Positions 19,935-28,989 are shown, numbered from the stretch's first letter. The stretch is 64,000 nucleotides of DNA from Eubacteriales bacterium (GCA_045600125.1 JAZRXH010000100.1:19974-83973); one strand, 5' to 3'. Notes: a model not told the origin generated them from the letters alone. Made by a program: numbers and translations.

Positions 19935-20732
19935 ATGACACAAAACGAGATCCCGAAATTTCCGATAACCGAGCTGTGCGGCGTGGTGTATGTGAATACC
20001 ATCCTCGGCACCTCCGTAAGAGTCCACCGGGAAAGACCGTACCACGGACTCATTTATAAGCTGTCGGGACAGGTGAAATACCGCTTCGAGGGAAGATACG
20101 ACGGCATTGTGATCGACTTTTCTCCCGGTACGCTGTGCTATCTTCCCGAAGGCTCCGACTACACCGTGGAGATGCTCGAGCCGGGGGAATGCATCGCCGT
20201 GAATTACGCATCGCCGGCGGGCATCGACTGCGCTCCCTTTTCCTGCCGGGACGAAAGCCGCACCGCCGAGAGCCTTTTCCGACGGCTTTTCACCGTCTAT
20301 AAAAAACGGACGTCGGACTTTGACTACGCCGCCATGGCGTGCGCCTATACGCTTTTTGACAGCGTTTTCGGACGGATGACAAAGGAAAGGTATGCCCCGA
20401 AGGATGCGGCGATCCGCCGGGCGCAGGAGATCCTGCAGGAAGAGCTGCAAAACCCCGACTTCTCGGTGAACTGCCTCCATGAAAGGCTCGGGATGTCCGC
20501 CTCCGGCTTCCGCCGCCGCTTTGGCGAGACCTTCGGCGTCCCTCCGGTAAAATACCTCTGTATGCTCCGCATGAAGCGGGCGAAAGAACTCCTCCTCGGC
20601 ACCGGAGACACCGTCGAAAAGATTGCCCTCGGGTGCGGCTTCTCCGACCCGTTCTACTTCTCCAAGTGCTTTCTCAAAAACTGCGGCGTCTGCCCTTCGG
20701 ACTACCGGAGGAGCGGGGAGGGGATGCTGTGA
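19935..20732 (+). CDS. AraC-family transcriptional regulator (cupin sensor + HTH)
   Basis: C-terminal AraC HTH: GFRRRFGETFGVPPVKYLCMLRMKRAKELL...GFSDPFYFSKCFLKNCGVCPSDYR. Confidence 0.85.
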   Translation: MTQNEIPKFPITELCGVVYVNTILGTSVRVHRERPYHGLIYKLSGQVKYRFEGRYDGIVIDFSPGTLCYLPEGSDYTVEMLEPGECIAVNYASPAGIDCAPFSCRDESRTAESLFRRLFTVYKKRTSDFDYAAMACAYTLFDSVFGRMTKERYAPKDAAIRRAQEILQEELQNPDFSVNCLHERLGMSASGFRRRFGETFGVPPVKYLCMLRMKRAKELLLGTGDTVEKIALGCGFSDPFYFSKCFLKNCGVCPSDYRRSGEGML

Positions 20733-20848
20733 GACTGAAGCCTGACGGCCGTGCGACGTAAACGAACCGGGTACGGACTTTTTCGGCGTTTGCAGGAACC
20801 GTTTCTGTTTGCAAATCTTAAATTTTTCATAAAGAATTTCGTTTTATC

Positions 20849-20877
20849 TTGCATTTTGAGACTGCCCGTGCTACAAT
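20849..20877 (+). promoter_or_regulatory. Promoter of secreted beta-helix protein gene
   Basis: TTGCAT - 17 nt - TGcTACAAT. Confidence 0.45.
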
Positions 20878-20941
20878 TATACTGTGATATTTTAGAGAAA
20901 GGCGCAGGATGGCATAAGGCCATACCGTAAATTCTTTGATA

Positions 20942-22792
20942 ATGAGAAAAACGATTTGTCTGTTATTGTTCTTTGCTCTGCTTGCTTTTGCAATCCCCGG
21001 CACCGTATCGGCGGACGGCGGCGTTTATACCGTGGAGGTGGGAGCTGAGTTTGTGGATGCGTGGAGACTCGCCTGCAAGAATTCCGGTACGGTCAAGCTG
21101 AACCGGAACGTGAATATCGCCAGTGAGTATAATCTGGAATCCGGCTACCGTATCACGCTTGACCTGAACGGGTATTGGATCCACGGAGTCGGAACGAGCT
21201 CGGATTATATCTTCCATATATGCAGCGGCGCTTCTCTTACGGTCACCGACTCGTCGGCAAATAAAAACGGCTCGATCGGGGTCACCGTTTCCGGCGAAGA
21301 CTACGACGAGGTAGTTATCATTGACGCAGGCGGCACTCTGACGCTGGAAAACGGCACCCTTAAGGGAAATGAGGATGAAGACTGCCGCCTTGTATACGTG
21401 GACGGCGGAACCTTCAATCTTCACGGCGGCGCCGTGGACGGAAACACCTACAACGGCGACGGCGCCGGCGTCATGATCAACGAGGGTATCCTCAATATGA
21501 CCGGCGGAGCGATTTCCAACAACCACGGCGACGATATGAACGACTACGGCGGCGGTATCTATTACGACGGAGGTCCCGACCGTGCGGGACTCAGTATTTC
21601 CGGCGGCGAGATCTTCGGGAATTTCGCTTATTACGGCGGTGCGATCTACTGTGATGACGGTTACGCAAAAATAACCGGCGGCAAGATTTACGGCAACCGG
21701 GCTGAACATTTTTCCGCCATCTATTACGAATGGACCATGGATTCTCTCGAGCTTTCCGGCGATCTTATCATTACCGGAAACACTATGGAGACTCCGACGG
21801 CGACCAACGCAAACCTTGCTGCCGTCGGCACCGAAACGCCGTCCCGCAGCTGTCCGCTTCTTCTCGGCGGACGGGTGAAGATATACGGCAACAAATACGG
21901 CAATCTGTTTCTGCCTGCGACCTTCAACCTGCAGATCATGAGCGATATCGATACAAGCCCCGAAAATCACGCATGGATCGAATTGAACAATATTGCGGAG
22001 CGCAAAAACGATTATGTGTTCAGCCGGATAGAAACCGGCGAAACAGATTATTCCATGTGCTTTTTCGGGGATAAGGAATGGTACTGTCCGGTGGAGGTGT
22101 TCAGCTTTACCGAGGACGGTGAGCCGCTGAAACTTGCCACCTCGATCTATGATGAAGGGCCGGACCTTACCGTCATGGACCTTGACAACAGCCTTTTCCG
22201 GGACGCAGAAGGAAAACGTCTTCGTCTCCACGACGATTATACTTATGCCCACGATAAGGAGCTGTGCCGGTACACGGTCTATTCGGACAGATTTATCAGC
22301 GACGAGAATGCGGAGGGCTTTATCGTCGGACATGCCGACAACGATGACATGGACTACACCGTTTCTCTTGTGAAGACGGTGCATGAAAACGGGGAGGAAG
22401 GTCTTGTTTCCACCTATTACTACCTCTGCAAAAATGAGTATAAGTGCGAAGGTACCTTCTTCGGTCCCTACAACGTACTGCGCAGCGTTTATTATTCGGT
22501 CGAGATTCACTGCCCCGAATGTCCAGACCTGCTCTCTCTTGAACTTGTGAAGGAAGCCTTCTCCGTAACGGCAGCCGGCAAGGACGCCGACACGGGAGTC
22601 GTTGTCGTCGCACTTTATAATGATGCGGATGCGTCGGAGCTCCTCGAAACGAAAATACTGCCCGTGAAGGAAAACGAACCTCTTACCGGAACGTTTTCAA
22701 AAACGGGCGCTCTGGCAAAAGCCTTCTGGTTTGAAAGCCTCGAAACACTAAAGCCGCTTTGCCGACCGGTGCAGACCGTCATCTCTGAATGA
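20942..22792 (+). CDS. Secreted right-handed beta-helix repeat protein, function unknown
   Basis: Signal peptide MRKTICLLLFFALLAFAIPGTVSADG. GG[AG]I(Y) turn repeats (GGAVDGN, GGAISNN, GGGIYYDGG, GGAIYCDDG, GGKIYGN). C-terminal ~80-aa module ending LKPLC. Confidence 0.65.
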   Translation: MRKTICLLLFFALLAFAIPGTVSADGGVYTVEVGAEFVDAWRLACKNSGTVKLNRNVNIASEYNLESGYRITLDLNGYWIHGVGTSSDYIFHICSGASLTVTDSSANKNGSIGVTVSGEDYDEVVIIDAGGTLTLENGTLKGNEDEDCRLVYVDGGTFNLHGGAVDGNTYNGDGAGVMINEGILNMTGGAISNNHGDDMNDYGGGIYYDGGPDRAGLSISGGEIFGNFAYYGGAIYCDDGYAKITGGKIYGNRAEHFSAIYYEWTMDSLELSGDLIITGNTMETPTATNANLAAVGTETPSRSCPLLLGGRVKIYGNKYGNLFLPATFNLQIMSDIDTSPENHAWIELNNIAERKNDYVFSRIETGETDYSMCFFGDKEWYCPVEVFSFTEDGEPLKLATSIYDEGPDLTVMDLDNSLFRDAEGKRLRLHDDYTYAHDKELCRYTVYSDRFISDENAEGFIVGHADNDDMDYTVSLVKTVHENGEEGLVSTYYYLCKNEYKCEGTFFGPYNVLRSVYYSVEIHCPECPDLLSLELVKEAFSVTAAGKDADTGVVVVALYNDADASELLETKILPVKENEPLTGTFSKTGALAKAFWFESLETLKPLCRPVQTVISE

Positions 22793-22967
22793 GGCGGTCC
22801 GCACGGAACTGCTTCCTGAAAGACGAATACAAAAAAGAACCTCCTATGCCGGAATGAAATGAATGAACATTCCTCATAGGAGGTTTTGCTATGCATCGGA
22901 AACTATAATGGATTTTCCGAAGTCGGATATATTCGTTCTTTGCGTGCTTTCCCGACAGGGAAATCTC

Positions 22968-24482
22968 TCAGTCGTTCACAATCTTCAGCGCCGCACCCGG
23001 CTCGGAGGTCTCGCCCTCGTGGTTGCCCATGCGTCCGATCTCGGAAATGAGACCGCCGGGGAGGATGACCTTGCCGTCGGAGATCTCACAGAACGCCGTT
23101 ACGTCGTAGGCTTCGTCGAGAAGGATGTCCTGCATAAGGATGCGGGACGTTTTCTTTACCGCACCCGATTCGAGGCACAGCGACTTGTAGTAGCCGAAAA
23201 TGCCGATGAGCGAAGCGTCCTTTACGTTCTGCGTCACGTCGCACAGAGGCGTGAAGAAGCGTCTTCCCAGCGTTCTCGAAAGGGTGGCGACAGAGGCACA
23301 GCCGCATGGGTGCAGAGAGGATACCATGTACGGAACGAGTCCTTCGGCGTCCGGAACTGCTTCGGGAGGCGTAAGACCTCTTGAAATTCTGGCAGGGCCC
23401 GTTCTCTCGATGTGGTCGCCGTCACGGTACTTCCACCATGCTTCGATCTCCTTTGCCTGCTCGTGTACGTCCCATGTATCGGTCATCTTGTTTTCGTCGA
23501 TGAAGGTCTCACTGCCGTTGACTCCGAAGGCGGGAGCGATCCTGTGCCAGCGCACCGTTCTGGTGACCTCGTCGGTCTTGGTCTTCAGATTCCGGTGAAG
23601 AGCGGGGAAGGAGGGGTCGGGACGTCCGTCGGGAAGATTTCCCACCATATTGTGACGGGTAACGTCGATGGAACAGCCGAGAGCCGCCGCCGTGTATACC
23701 TCGTCCATGCAGTTGATGTAGCCGAGATGACCGGGAGCCGCATCGTAGGCAAGGTCGACCGACAGCTTTTCAAGGGTGATCGGAATGGCAAGAAGGGTGA
23801 ATACGTCGTAGGTACGGAAGCTGTCGGCATAAGGGATCAGATCCGGAAGCATCGCCTGCTCGGCAATGAGGTTCGGCGCATATTTCAGACGCAGCTCGGT
23901 GATGAGCCGACGCACCTCCATCTTGCGGCAGTCGTCGCCCCAGTCGATCTTCCAGTATTTCCAGCCGGCATAGTCGGACTGGATGAGACGCTCCTTCCAG
24001 AAGGACTCGTCGCTTTCGCCGGGCATGGCGTGGCATCTTTCAATGCAGATCCAGCCGCCGAGACCCCTCCAGCCGAGGCTTGTGACCTTCTTTGCAAGCG
24101 CCTTCATGGCGTCCCTGTTTTCCACCCCGTCTTTGGCAAACGAGGGGAATTTGTCCTTGGCGAGGATCTGACTTGCATAGTAGGGATGCTCGTGCATCTT
24201 ACCGCCGATCGGCACGTCCCAGCAGTCGTCCATGAGGAAAATGAGGTCCCGCCTTGCGTCCTTGTACAGATGGCTTGCCCAACCGATGCCGTCTTTTCTG
24301 TCCTTTGCTTCGTCGCCGGTGCCGAAGATGCAGTCCTCGGTCATGCAGTCACGCTGTCCCTGAGGACCTGCGTTGTTGCAGTGATAAAGCTGTACCTGCC
24401 AGGTGCAGAAATAGTCGGGGGAGGTGTTGACGGTGTCGGGAATGAGGTTTATTCCCGAAAGAGGGCATTTTTCGATATACAT
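22968..24482 (-). CDS. Putative clan GH-D (GH27/36-like) glycoside hydrolase, divergent
   Basis: LIFLMDDCWDVP resembles the GH27 DDCW motif and YWKIDWGD resembles the nucleophile-strand K-x-D motif. C-terminal beta-sandwich-like tail. GAAAGGCGGA RBS. No signal peptide. Confidence 0.5.
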   Translation of the reverse strand: MYIEKCPLSGINLIPDTVNTSPDYFCTWQVQLYHCNNAGPQGQRDCMTEDCIFGTGDEAKDRKDGIGWASHLYKDARRDLIFLMDDCWDVPIGGKMHEHPYYASQILAKDKFPSFAKDGVENRDAMKALAKKVTSLGWRGLGGWICIERCHAMPGESDESFWKERLIQSDYAGWKYWKIDWGDDCRKMEVRRLITELRLKYAPNLIAEQAMLPDLIPYADSFRTYDVFTLLAIPITLEKLSVDLAYDAAPGHLGYINCMDEVYTAAALGCSIDVTRHNMVGNLPDGRPDPSFPALHRNLKTKTDEVTRTVRWHRIAPAFGVNGSETFIDENKMTDTWDVHEQAKEIEAWWKYRDGDHIERTGPARISRGLTPPEAVPDAEGLVPYMVSSLHPCGCASVATLSRTLGRRFFTPLCDVTQNVKDASLIGIFGYYKSLCLESGAVKKTSRILMQDILLDEAYDVTAFCEISDGKVILPGGLISEIGRMGNHEGETSEPGAALKIVND

Positions 24483-24538
24483 ACTTTTTCCGCCTTTCTA
24501 CTTGGTAAGCTGAAATAACAGATGCTTTCTTACCTGCG

Positions 24539-24592
24539 ATTATAGCAGAGTAACGCCGTGTTTGTATATGGTATTATGACACAAGAATATGG
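24539..24592 (-). promoter_or_regulatory. Activator-type promoter of GH27-like gene with CCATAT direct repeats
   Basis: Minus strand has TGcTATAAT (-10 = 24539-24544), a weak -35, and CCATAT at 24566-24571 and 24587-24592, exactly 21 bp apart. Confidence 0.4.
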
Positions 24593-24612
24593 AAAATAGT
24601 ATCTTCTTTCGC

Positions 24613-24642
24613 TTGACAGAAGCACAGCGCAGATGCTATAAT
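24613..24642 (+). promoter_or_regulatory. Promoter of AraC regulator 2
   Basis: TTGACA - 18 nt - TGcTATAAT. Confidence 0.5.
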
Positions 24643-24722
24643 GATCCTGCCGTATTTCCACAGACAACAGAAAGAAAGCAGAGGAAGCAGAATTGGAATA
24701 TCTTTGCCACAAAGAAGAGAAT

Positions 24723-25502
24723 ATGGAATTTTTCTATAAGACCTCCGACGATACGGAAATAGCGGGGCTTGCGCTTTCCGAGCTTGGTCACAGCCGCCCG
24801 GCGCCGGGGAAGCGCGTGGAGATATGCGCCTCCTCCTGCCACCTTCATTTCATCACCGAAGGAAAGGGGCGTTTTGACGGAGAAGAGATTTTTGCGGGGC
24901 AGGGCTTTCTCGTATTGAAGGGCGAGACCTACCGGGAGGAAGCGGACAGAGAAGCCCCTTTTGAGCAGTACTGGCTGAACTTCGACGGAGAAAGTGTGGG
25001 GGACGTTTTGAAAATGGCGGGACTCAGCGAAAAAACACGGGTGTTCACCTGCCGCAGGATCCACCGCATCGGCGAAACACTGAAAGCGCTGTTTTCGGCA
25101 AAGCCGAAGGCGAGCGCCGCCTTTTACGCCGCCTTTTTCGAGATTCTTCTGCTCCTTTCCTACGAGGAGAGGAGCGAGGTGCGGGAAAACGGCACTATCC
25201 GGCGGGTCACCGAGTACGTTTCGTCGCATCTCGGCTCTCCCATCGCCGCCGGGGACGTCGCCGCCTATGCTGGACTTTCCCCGAAATATCTCAGCCGTCT
25301 TTTCAAAAATACCACCGGGAAAACGCTCACCGGGTACGTCACCGAAGCACGGCTCCGTGCCGCCTGCACCCTTCTTTCCGGCACCGACGCCAGCATCGAC
25401 CGTATCGCCCGGGAGGTGGGCTTCCGGGACCCCCTGTACTTTTCCAAGGTATTCAAAAAAGCCTACGGCGTGCCGCCGAAGGTTTACAGAACGGGAAAAT
25501 AG
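24723..25502 (+). CDS. AraC-family transcriptional regulator
   Basis: AraC HTH: YLSRLFKNTTGKTLTGYVTEARLRAACTLL...GFRDPLYFSKVFKKAYGVPPKVYR. The ATG at 24723 is preferred over the TTG at 24693. Confidence 0.85.
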   Translation: MEFFYKTSDDTEIAGLALSELGHSRPAPGKRVEICASSCHLHFITEGKGRFDGEEIFAGQGFLVLKGETYREEADREAPFEQYWLNFDGESVGDVLKMAGLSEKTRVFTCRRIHRIGETLKALFSAKPKASAAFYAAFFEILLLLSYEERSEVRENGTIRRVTEYVSSHLGSPIAAGDVAAYAGLSPKYLSRLFKNTTGKTLTGYVTEARLRAACTLLSGTDASIDRIAREVGFRDPLYFSKVFKKAYGVPPKVYRTGK

Positions 25503-25511
25503 GAGTAAAAA

Positions 25512-25554
25512 AGCCGCAGAGCGGAAAACCCGTTGCTCTGCGGCTCGTTTTTTA
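25512..25554. terminator. Bidirectional terminator between AraC 2 and GH2
   Basis: 11-bp stem AGCCGCAGAGC/GCTCTGCGGCT, with TCGTTTTTTA on + and CTTTTTTAC on -. Confidence 0.75.
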
Positions 25555-27252
25555 TTCTTCTTCAATTTCAATGACAGCCTTGCGGGAGTTGATGGCACAG
25601 ATGCGCGCCATGTCGAATTTCGGCTCTCTTTCGTAGGTGTACAGACCGTTCTGCTCCTGCTCTACGTCGTAAAGCTGGGTGTAGCAGAAGCCGCACATCC
25701 GGGGGCAGTCGAGAAGGACGTCGGTGAGTCCCTTGTATCTTTCGTAGAACTCCTCATATTCCCGGCAGGCGTTGCCGTAGCTCCAGTTCTTTCCTTCCTT
25801 TTCGAGCTTTATGCCGATGCCGCCGTACTCGCTCATGAAGAAGGGCTCGCCCTTGTAGGTCTGGAATTTTCCTCTGAAATAATGGCTTCCGTCGCCGGTA
25901 TCGAGGAAGGTCCCGAGACGCTCGGCAAAGACGGCGGGATCCTGCGTGTAGTCGTGAACGTCAAAGATGTCGGTGACCACGTGAACGCATCCGCTGGTGT
26001 CGATGCAGGGGCGGGAGGGGTCGATCTGCTTTGTCATATCATACACATTTTCAAGGAAGCCCTTCCGCTGATCCTCACTCGTTTCATTGAGGGGACACCA
26101 GCCGACGATGGCGGGATGGCTGATATCTCTTTCGAGGACCTCCTGCCACTCGGGAAGGAAATATTCGAGAACGCCGGGATTCGAAAGTCCCTGTCCCCAG
26201 TTACCGTACTCGCCCCAGACGATGTAGCCGAGACGGTCGCAATGGTAGAGGAACCGGGGCTCGAAGACCTTCTCATGAAGCCTTGCCCCGTTGAAGCCCG
26301 CCGCAAGGGACAGCTCAATGTCCCGCACGAGGGTTGCCTCATCCTTCGCCGTATAGATGCCGTCGGGGTAGAAGCCCTGATCGAGGACGAGCCGCATGAA
26401 GAGAGGCTTGTGGTTGAGAAGGAACGCCGTTTCATTCAGCTCCACGCTCCGCATGCCGAAGTAGGTGCTGACCGTATCCTCCCCGAAGGTGAGTGTCATA
26501 TCGTACAAGTTTCCGCAGCCTGCTTCCCACAGATGAAGCTCGGAAAGAGGAAGCTCCGCACTGAAGACCTTGCCGCATTTTCTTGTGACGCTGCCCACGG
26601 GTCTTCCTTCGTAGAACGCCTCGATGCCGATGCTGCCGGGGCACGAGACTACGCCGGAAACGGTTACAAGACAGTTGTCGATGTCCGGGATCACACGGAA
26701 CTTTTCGATGCGTGCCTTGGGGGCAAATTCAAGATAGACCGTCTGCCAGATGCCGGTGGTCCTTGTGTAAAAACAGCCGAAGGAATGATATTTCGGGGAC
26801 TGCTTGCCGCTTCCCTGCATTCCGGGGAATACGTTGTCCTCGGCGCAGATGACGAGGGTGTTTTCCCCTTCCTTGACAAACCTTGTGATATCAAAGGAGA
26901 AGGAGGAATAGCCGCCCTTGTGGGTGCCGACCGAGACGCCGTTCACGAATACCTCGGCAAGATAATCGCAGGCGCCGATCCGGAGAAGAACGCTGCCCTC
27001 CGTCTGCGCCTTGTCCAGCGTCACGGTGCGCTTGTACCAGACGCAGCTTATGAAATCCTTACAGCCGATGCCGGACAGCTCGCTTTCGGGGCAGAAGGGC
27101 ACGGTGATCTTTTTGTCAAAGCCGTTTCCCTCGGCAAGGCCTCTCTCTCTTCCGCTTTTTCCGAAGTCGAAGGCGAAGTCCCACTCGCCGTTGAGGTTCT
27201 GCCAGTTTTTCCGTACAAACTGAGGATTCGGATGTTCGTTTCTCGGGTTCAT
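25552..27252 (-). CDS. Glycoside hydrolase family 2 (beta-glucuronidase/beta-galactosidase-like)
   Basis: N-terminal sugar-binding domain (NWQNLNGEWDFAFD; VFVNGVSVGTHKGGYSSFSFDIT). Acid/base WCPLNE, nucleophile FFMSEYGG. GAAAGGAAG RBS. Confidence 0.85.
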   Translation of the reverse strand: MNPRNEHPNPQFVRKNWQNLNGEWDFAFDFGKSGRERGLAEGNGFDKKITVPFCPESELSGIGCKDFISCVWYKRTVTLDKAQTEGSVLLRIGACDYLAEVFVNGVSVGTHKGGYSSFSFDITRFVKEGENTLVICAEDNVFPGMQGSGKQSPKYHSFGCFYTRTTGIWQTVYLEFAPKARIEKFRVIPDIDNCLVTVSGVVSCPGSIGIEAFYEGRPVGSVTRKCGKVFSAELPLSELHLWEAGCGNLYDMTLTFGEDTVSTYFGMRSVELNETAFLLNHKPLFMRLVLDQGFYPDGIYTAKDEATLVRDIELSLAAGFNGARLHEKVFEPRFLYHCDRLGYIVWGEYGNWGQGLSNPGVLEYFLPEWQEVLERDISHPAIVGWCPLNETSEDQRKGFLENVYDMTKQIDPSRPCIDTSGCVHVVTDIFDVHDYTQDPAVFAERLGTFLDTGDGSHYFRGKFQTYKGEPFFMSEYGGIGIKLEKEGKNWSYGNACREYEEFYERYKGLTDVLLDCPRMCGFCYTQLYDVEQEQNGLYTYEREPKFDMARICAINSRKAVIEIEEE

Positions 27253-27410
27253 GATTCTTGACTTCCTTTCTCTCTTTTACATTTTCCGCTTTGGATAAGC
27301 CGGGACGAAGATGCAGATCCTCCGGGTATTTCTGCCGCCCGTTTCCGTGCCTTTACGGGTATAGGATACCATACCGGGTACCCTTTTTCAAGCACATTTT
27401 CTTTTTTTTA

Positions 27411-27439
27411 TTGACTTTTTCTCTCAAAAATGCTATAAT
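27411..27439 (+). promoter_or_regulatory. Promoter of AraC regulator 3
   Basis: TTGACT - 17 nt - TGcTATAAT. Confidence 0.5.
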
Positions 27440-27475
27440 GTCCTTACAGTAACTCGGAAGGGGAAGAAAAGAACA

Positions 27476-28252
27476 ATGAAGGCGTTGCGTCTGCGTCATG
27501 CCTGGCCGGAGCCGAGCGGCTTTTCGATCCGTCACAAGCCCGACCGGGAGGACTATATCTTTATCCACTTCTACAACTCCGTGGAGCTGACGGTCAACGG
27601 AAAAGCGTCGGTCACGGCGCCTCACGCCTGCGTCGTTTTCGACAGAAGCGCCGACGTATATTTCCGAAGCCCCACGCCGCTTCTGCACGACTGGCTCCAT
27701 TTTTCCGGCGACGATACGGCGGACTTTCTGAAAAGCACGGGTATTTGCGTCAACACGGTATACTATCCCAAATCCCCGTCGGCGATCACCGAGGTCATGC
27801 GGGAACTGGAGGCGGAGTATTACGGTGCGGGAAAATTCTCGGACATCGTATGCGAAGGCAAGCTCCGGGAGCTGTTCGTAAAGCTGGCAAGAGGCGTGGA
27901 CAGGGAAGAGATCCCCGTCATCTTCGGCAGCGAGGTCTTAAAGCGCTTCGCCCTTCTGCGGCGGGATATCCGCTCGAACCCGAAGGAGGACTGGCCGGCA
28001 AAACGGATGGCGGAGTACGTACATCTCAGCGAGTCGAGATTTTTCAGCGTCTACAAGGAAATATACGGCATTACCCCCAAGGATGAGGTCATCCGTGCAA
28101 GAGTCGAGTGTGCCAAAACGCTGCTGTGCGACGACAAGAATTCCCTTGAAAAGGTCGCCGAGATGGCGGGATATAAAAGCGTATTTCACTTTTTGCGGCA
28201 GTTCAAGAGCCGCACCGGCATGACGCCGGGAGAGTGGAGAAAAAACACATAA
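27476..28252 (+). CDS. AraC-family transcriptional regulator
   Basis: AraC HTH: RMAEYVHLSESRFFSVYKEIYGITPKDEVIRARVECAKTLL...GYKSVFHFLRQFKSRTGMTPGEWR. Confidence 0.85.
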   Translation: MKALRLRHAWPEPSGFSIRHKPDREDYIFIHFYNSVELTVNGKASVTAPHACVVFDRSADVYFRSPTPLLHDWLHFSGDDTADFLKSTGICVNTVYYPKSPSAITEVMRELEAEYYGAGKFSDIVCEGKLRELFVKLARGVDREEIPVIFGSEVLKRFALLRRDIRSNPKEDWPAKRMAEYVHLSESRFFSVYKEIYGITPKDEVIRARVECAKTLLCDDKNSLEKVAEMAGYKSVFHFLRQFKSRTGMTPGEWRKNT

Positions 28253-28282
28253 CAAGGCAAACCCGAAAGGAAAAAGCGAAAA

Positions 28283-28933
28283 ATGGCAAAAATCACAAGA
28301 ATGATCTTTGTCCGTCACGGCGAGAGCGCCGGAAACAAGGACGGACGATTTTACGGACATACCGACGGCGAGCTGACCGAGCTCGGAAGATTGCAGGCGC
28401 AGAAGACGGCGGAATACCTGAAGGACTACAAAATCGACGCCGCTTATGCATCCAGCCTCAGAAGAGCGTATGAGACCTGCGTCTGCATCGCCAAATACCA
28501 CGATCTCGAGGTCATCCCCTGCGACGATCTGCGGGAGGTCTATGCGGGAAAGTGGGAGAACGTACCCTTTAACGACATCGGCACCCTTTTCCCCGAGGAC
28601 TACGACAAATGGATGAACGACTTCTGCCATTCCCGCCCCACGGGAGGCGAGAGCATCCGTGAGGTGACCGACAGAGTCAGCGCAGCGGTCTGGAGGATCG
28701 CCCGGGAGAACGTGGGAAAAACGGTTCTTCTGACCTTCCATGCGACTCCCATCTGTACATTGTATTACGAGTGGCTCCACCTCCCCTTCGAGGCGATGCG
28801 GCGCACGTGGGTGCGGAACGCCTCGGTGTCGGTCATCGACTACGACTGCGAAAACGGCACGGTCACCCCGGAATTCATCGACGAGGCGTCCTTCCTCGGC
28901 GACCTTGAAACGACGCTTCCCAAAAACGTATAA
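28283..28933 (+). CDS. Histidine phosphatase (phosphoglycerate-mutase-like) family protein
   Basis: RHG motif IFVRHGESAGN, and a second His in TFHATPI. Confidence 0.85.
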   Translation: MAKITRMIFVRHGESAGNKDGRFYGHTDGELTELGRLQAQKTAEYLKDYKIDAAYASSLRRAYETCVCIAKYHDLEVIPCDDLREVYAGKWENVPFNDIGTLFPEDYDKWMNDFCHSRPTGGESIREVTDRVSAAVWRIARENVGKTVLLTFHATPICTLYYEWLHLPFEAMRRTWVRNASVSVIDYDCENGTVTPEFIDEASFLGDLETTLPKNV

Positions 28934-28989
28934 AAACGAATAACGCATAAAGACGCATCTTCGGAACTTCTGAGAAAGGATAAGAGCTT

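Noticed and set aside
17505-20732. Search for a glycyl-radical activase or a microcompartment (BMC) shell gene near the GRE.
   Set aside because: No CxxxCxxC radical-SAM ORF and no BMC-domain ORF was found on either strand within the window. The absence is reported as part of the GRE finding rather than as a feature.
27253-27410. AraC-type direct repeats upstream of the GH2 gene, by analogy with the other two modules.
   Set aside because: Only a small inverted repeat (GGTAT-N3-ATACC) and a mediocre promoter (TTGAAA-17-TATCCT) are visible. There are no convincing phased direct repeats, so no operator is claimed.
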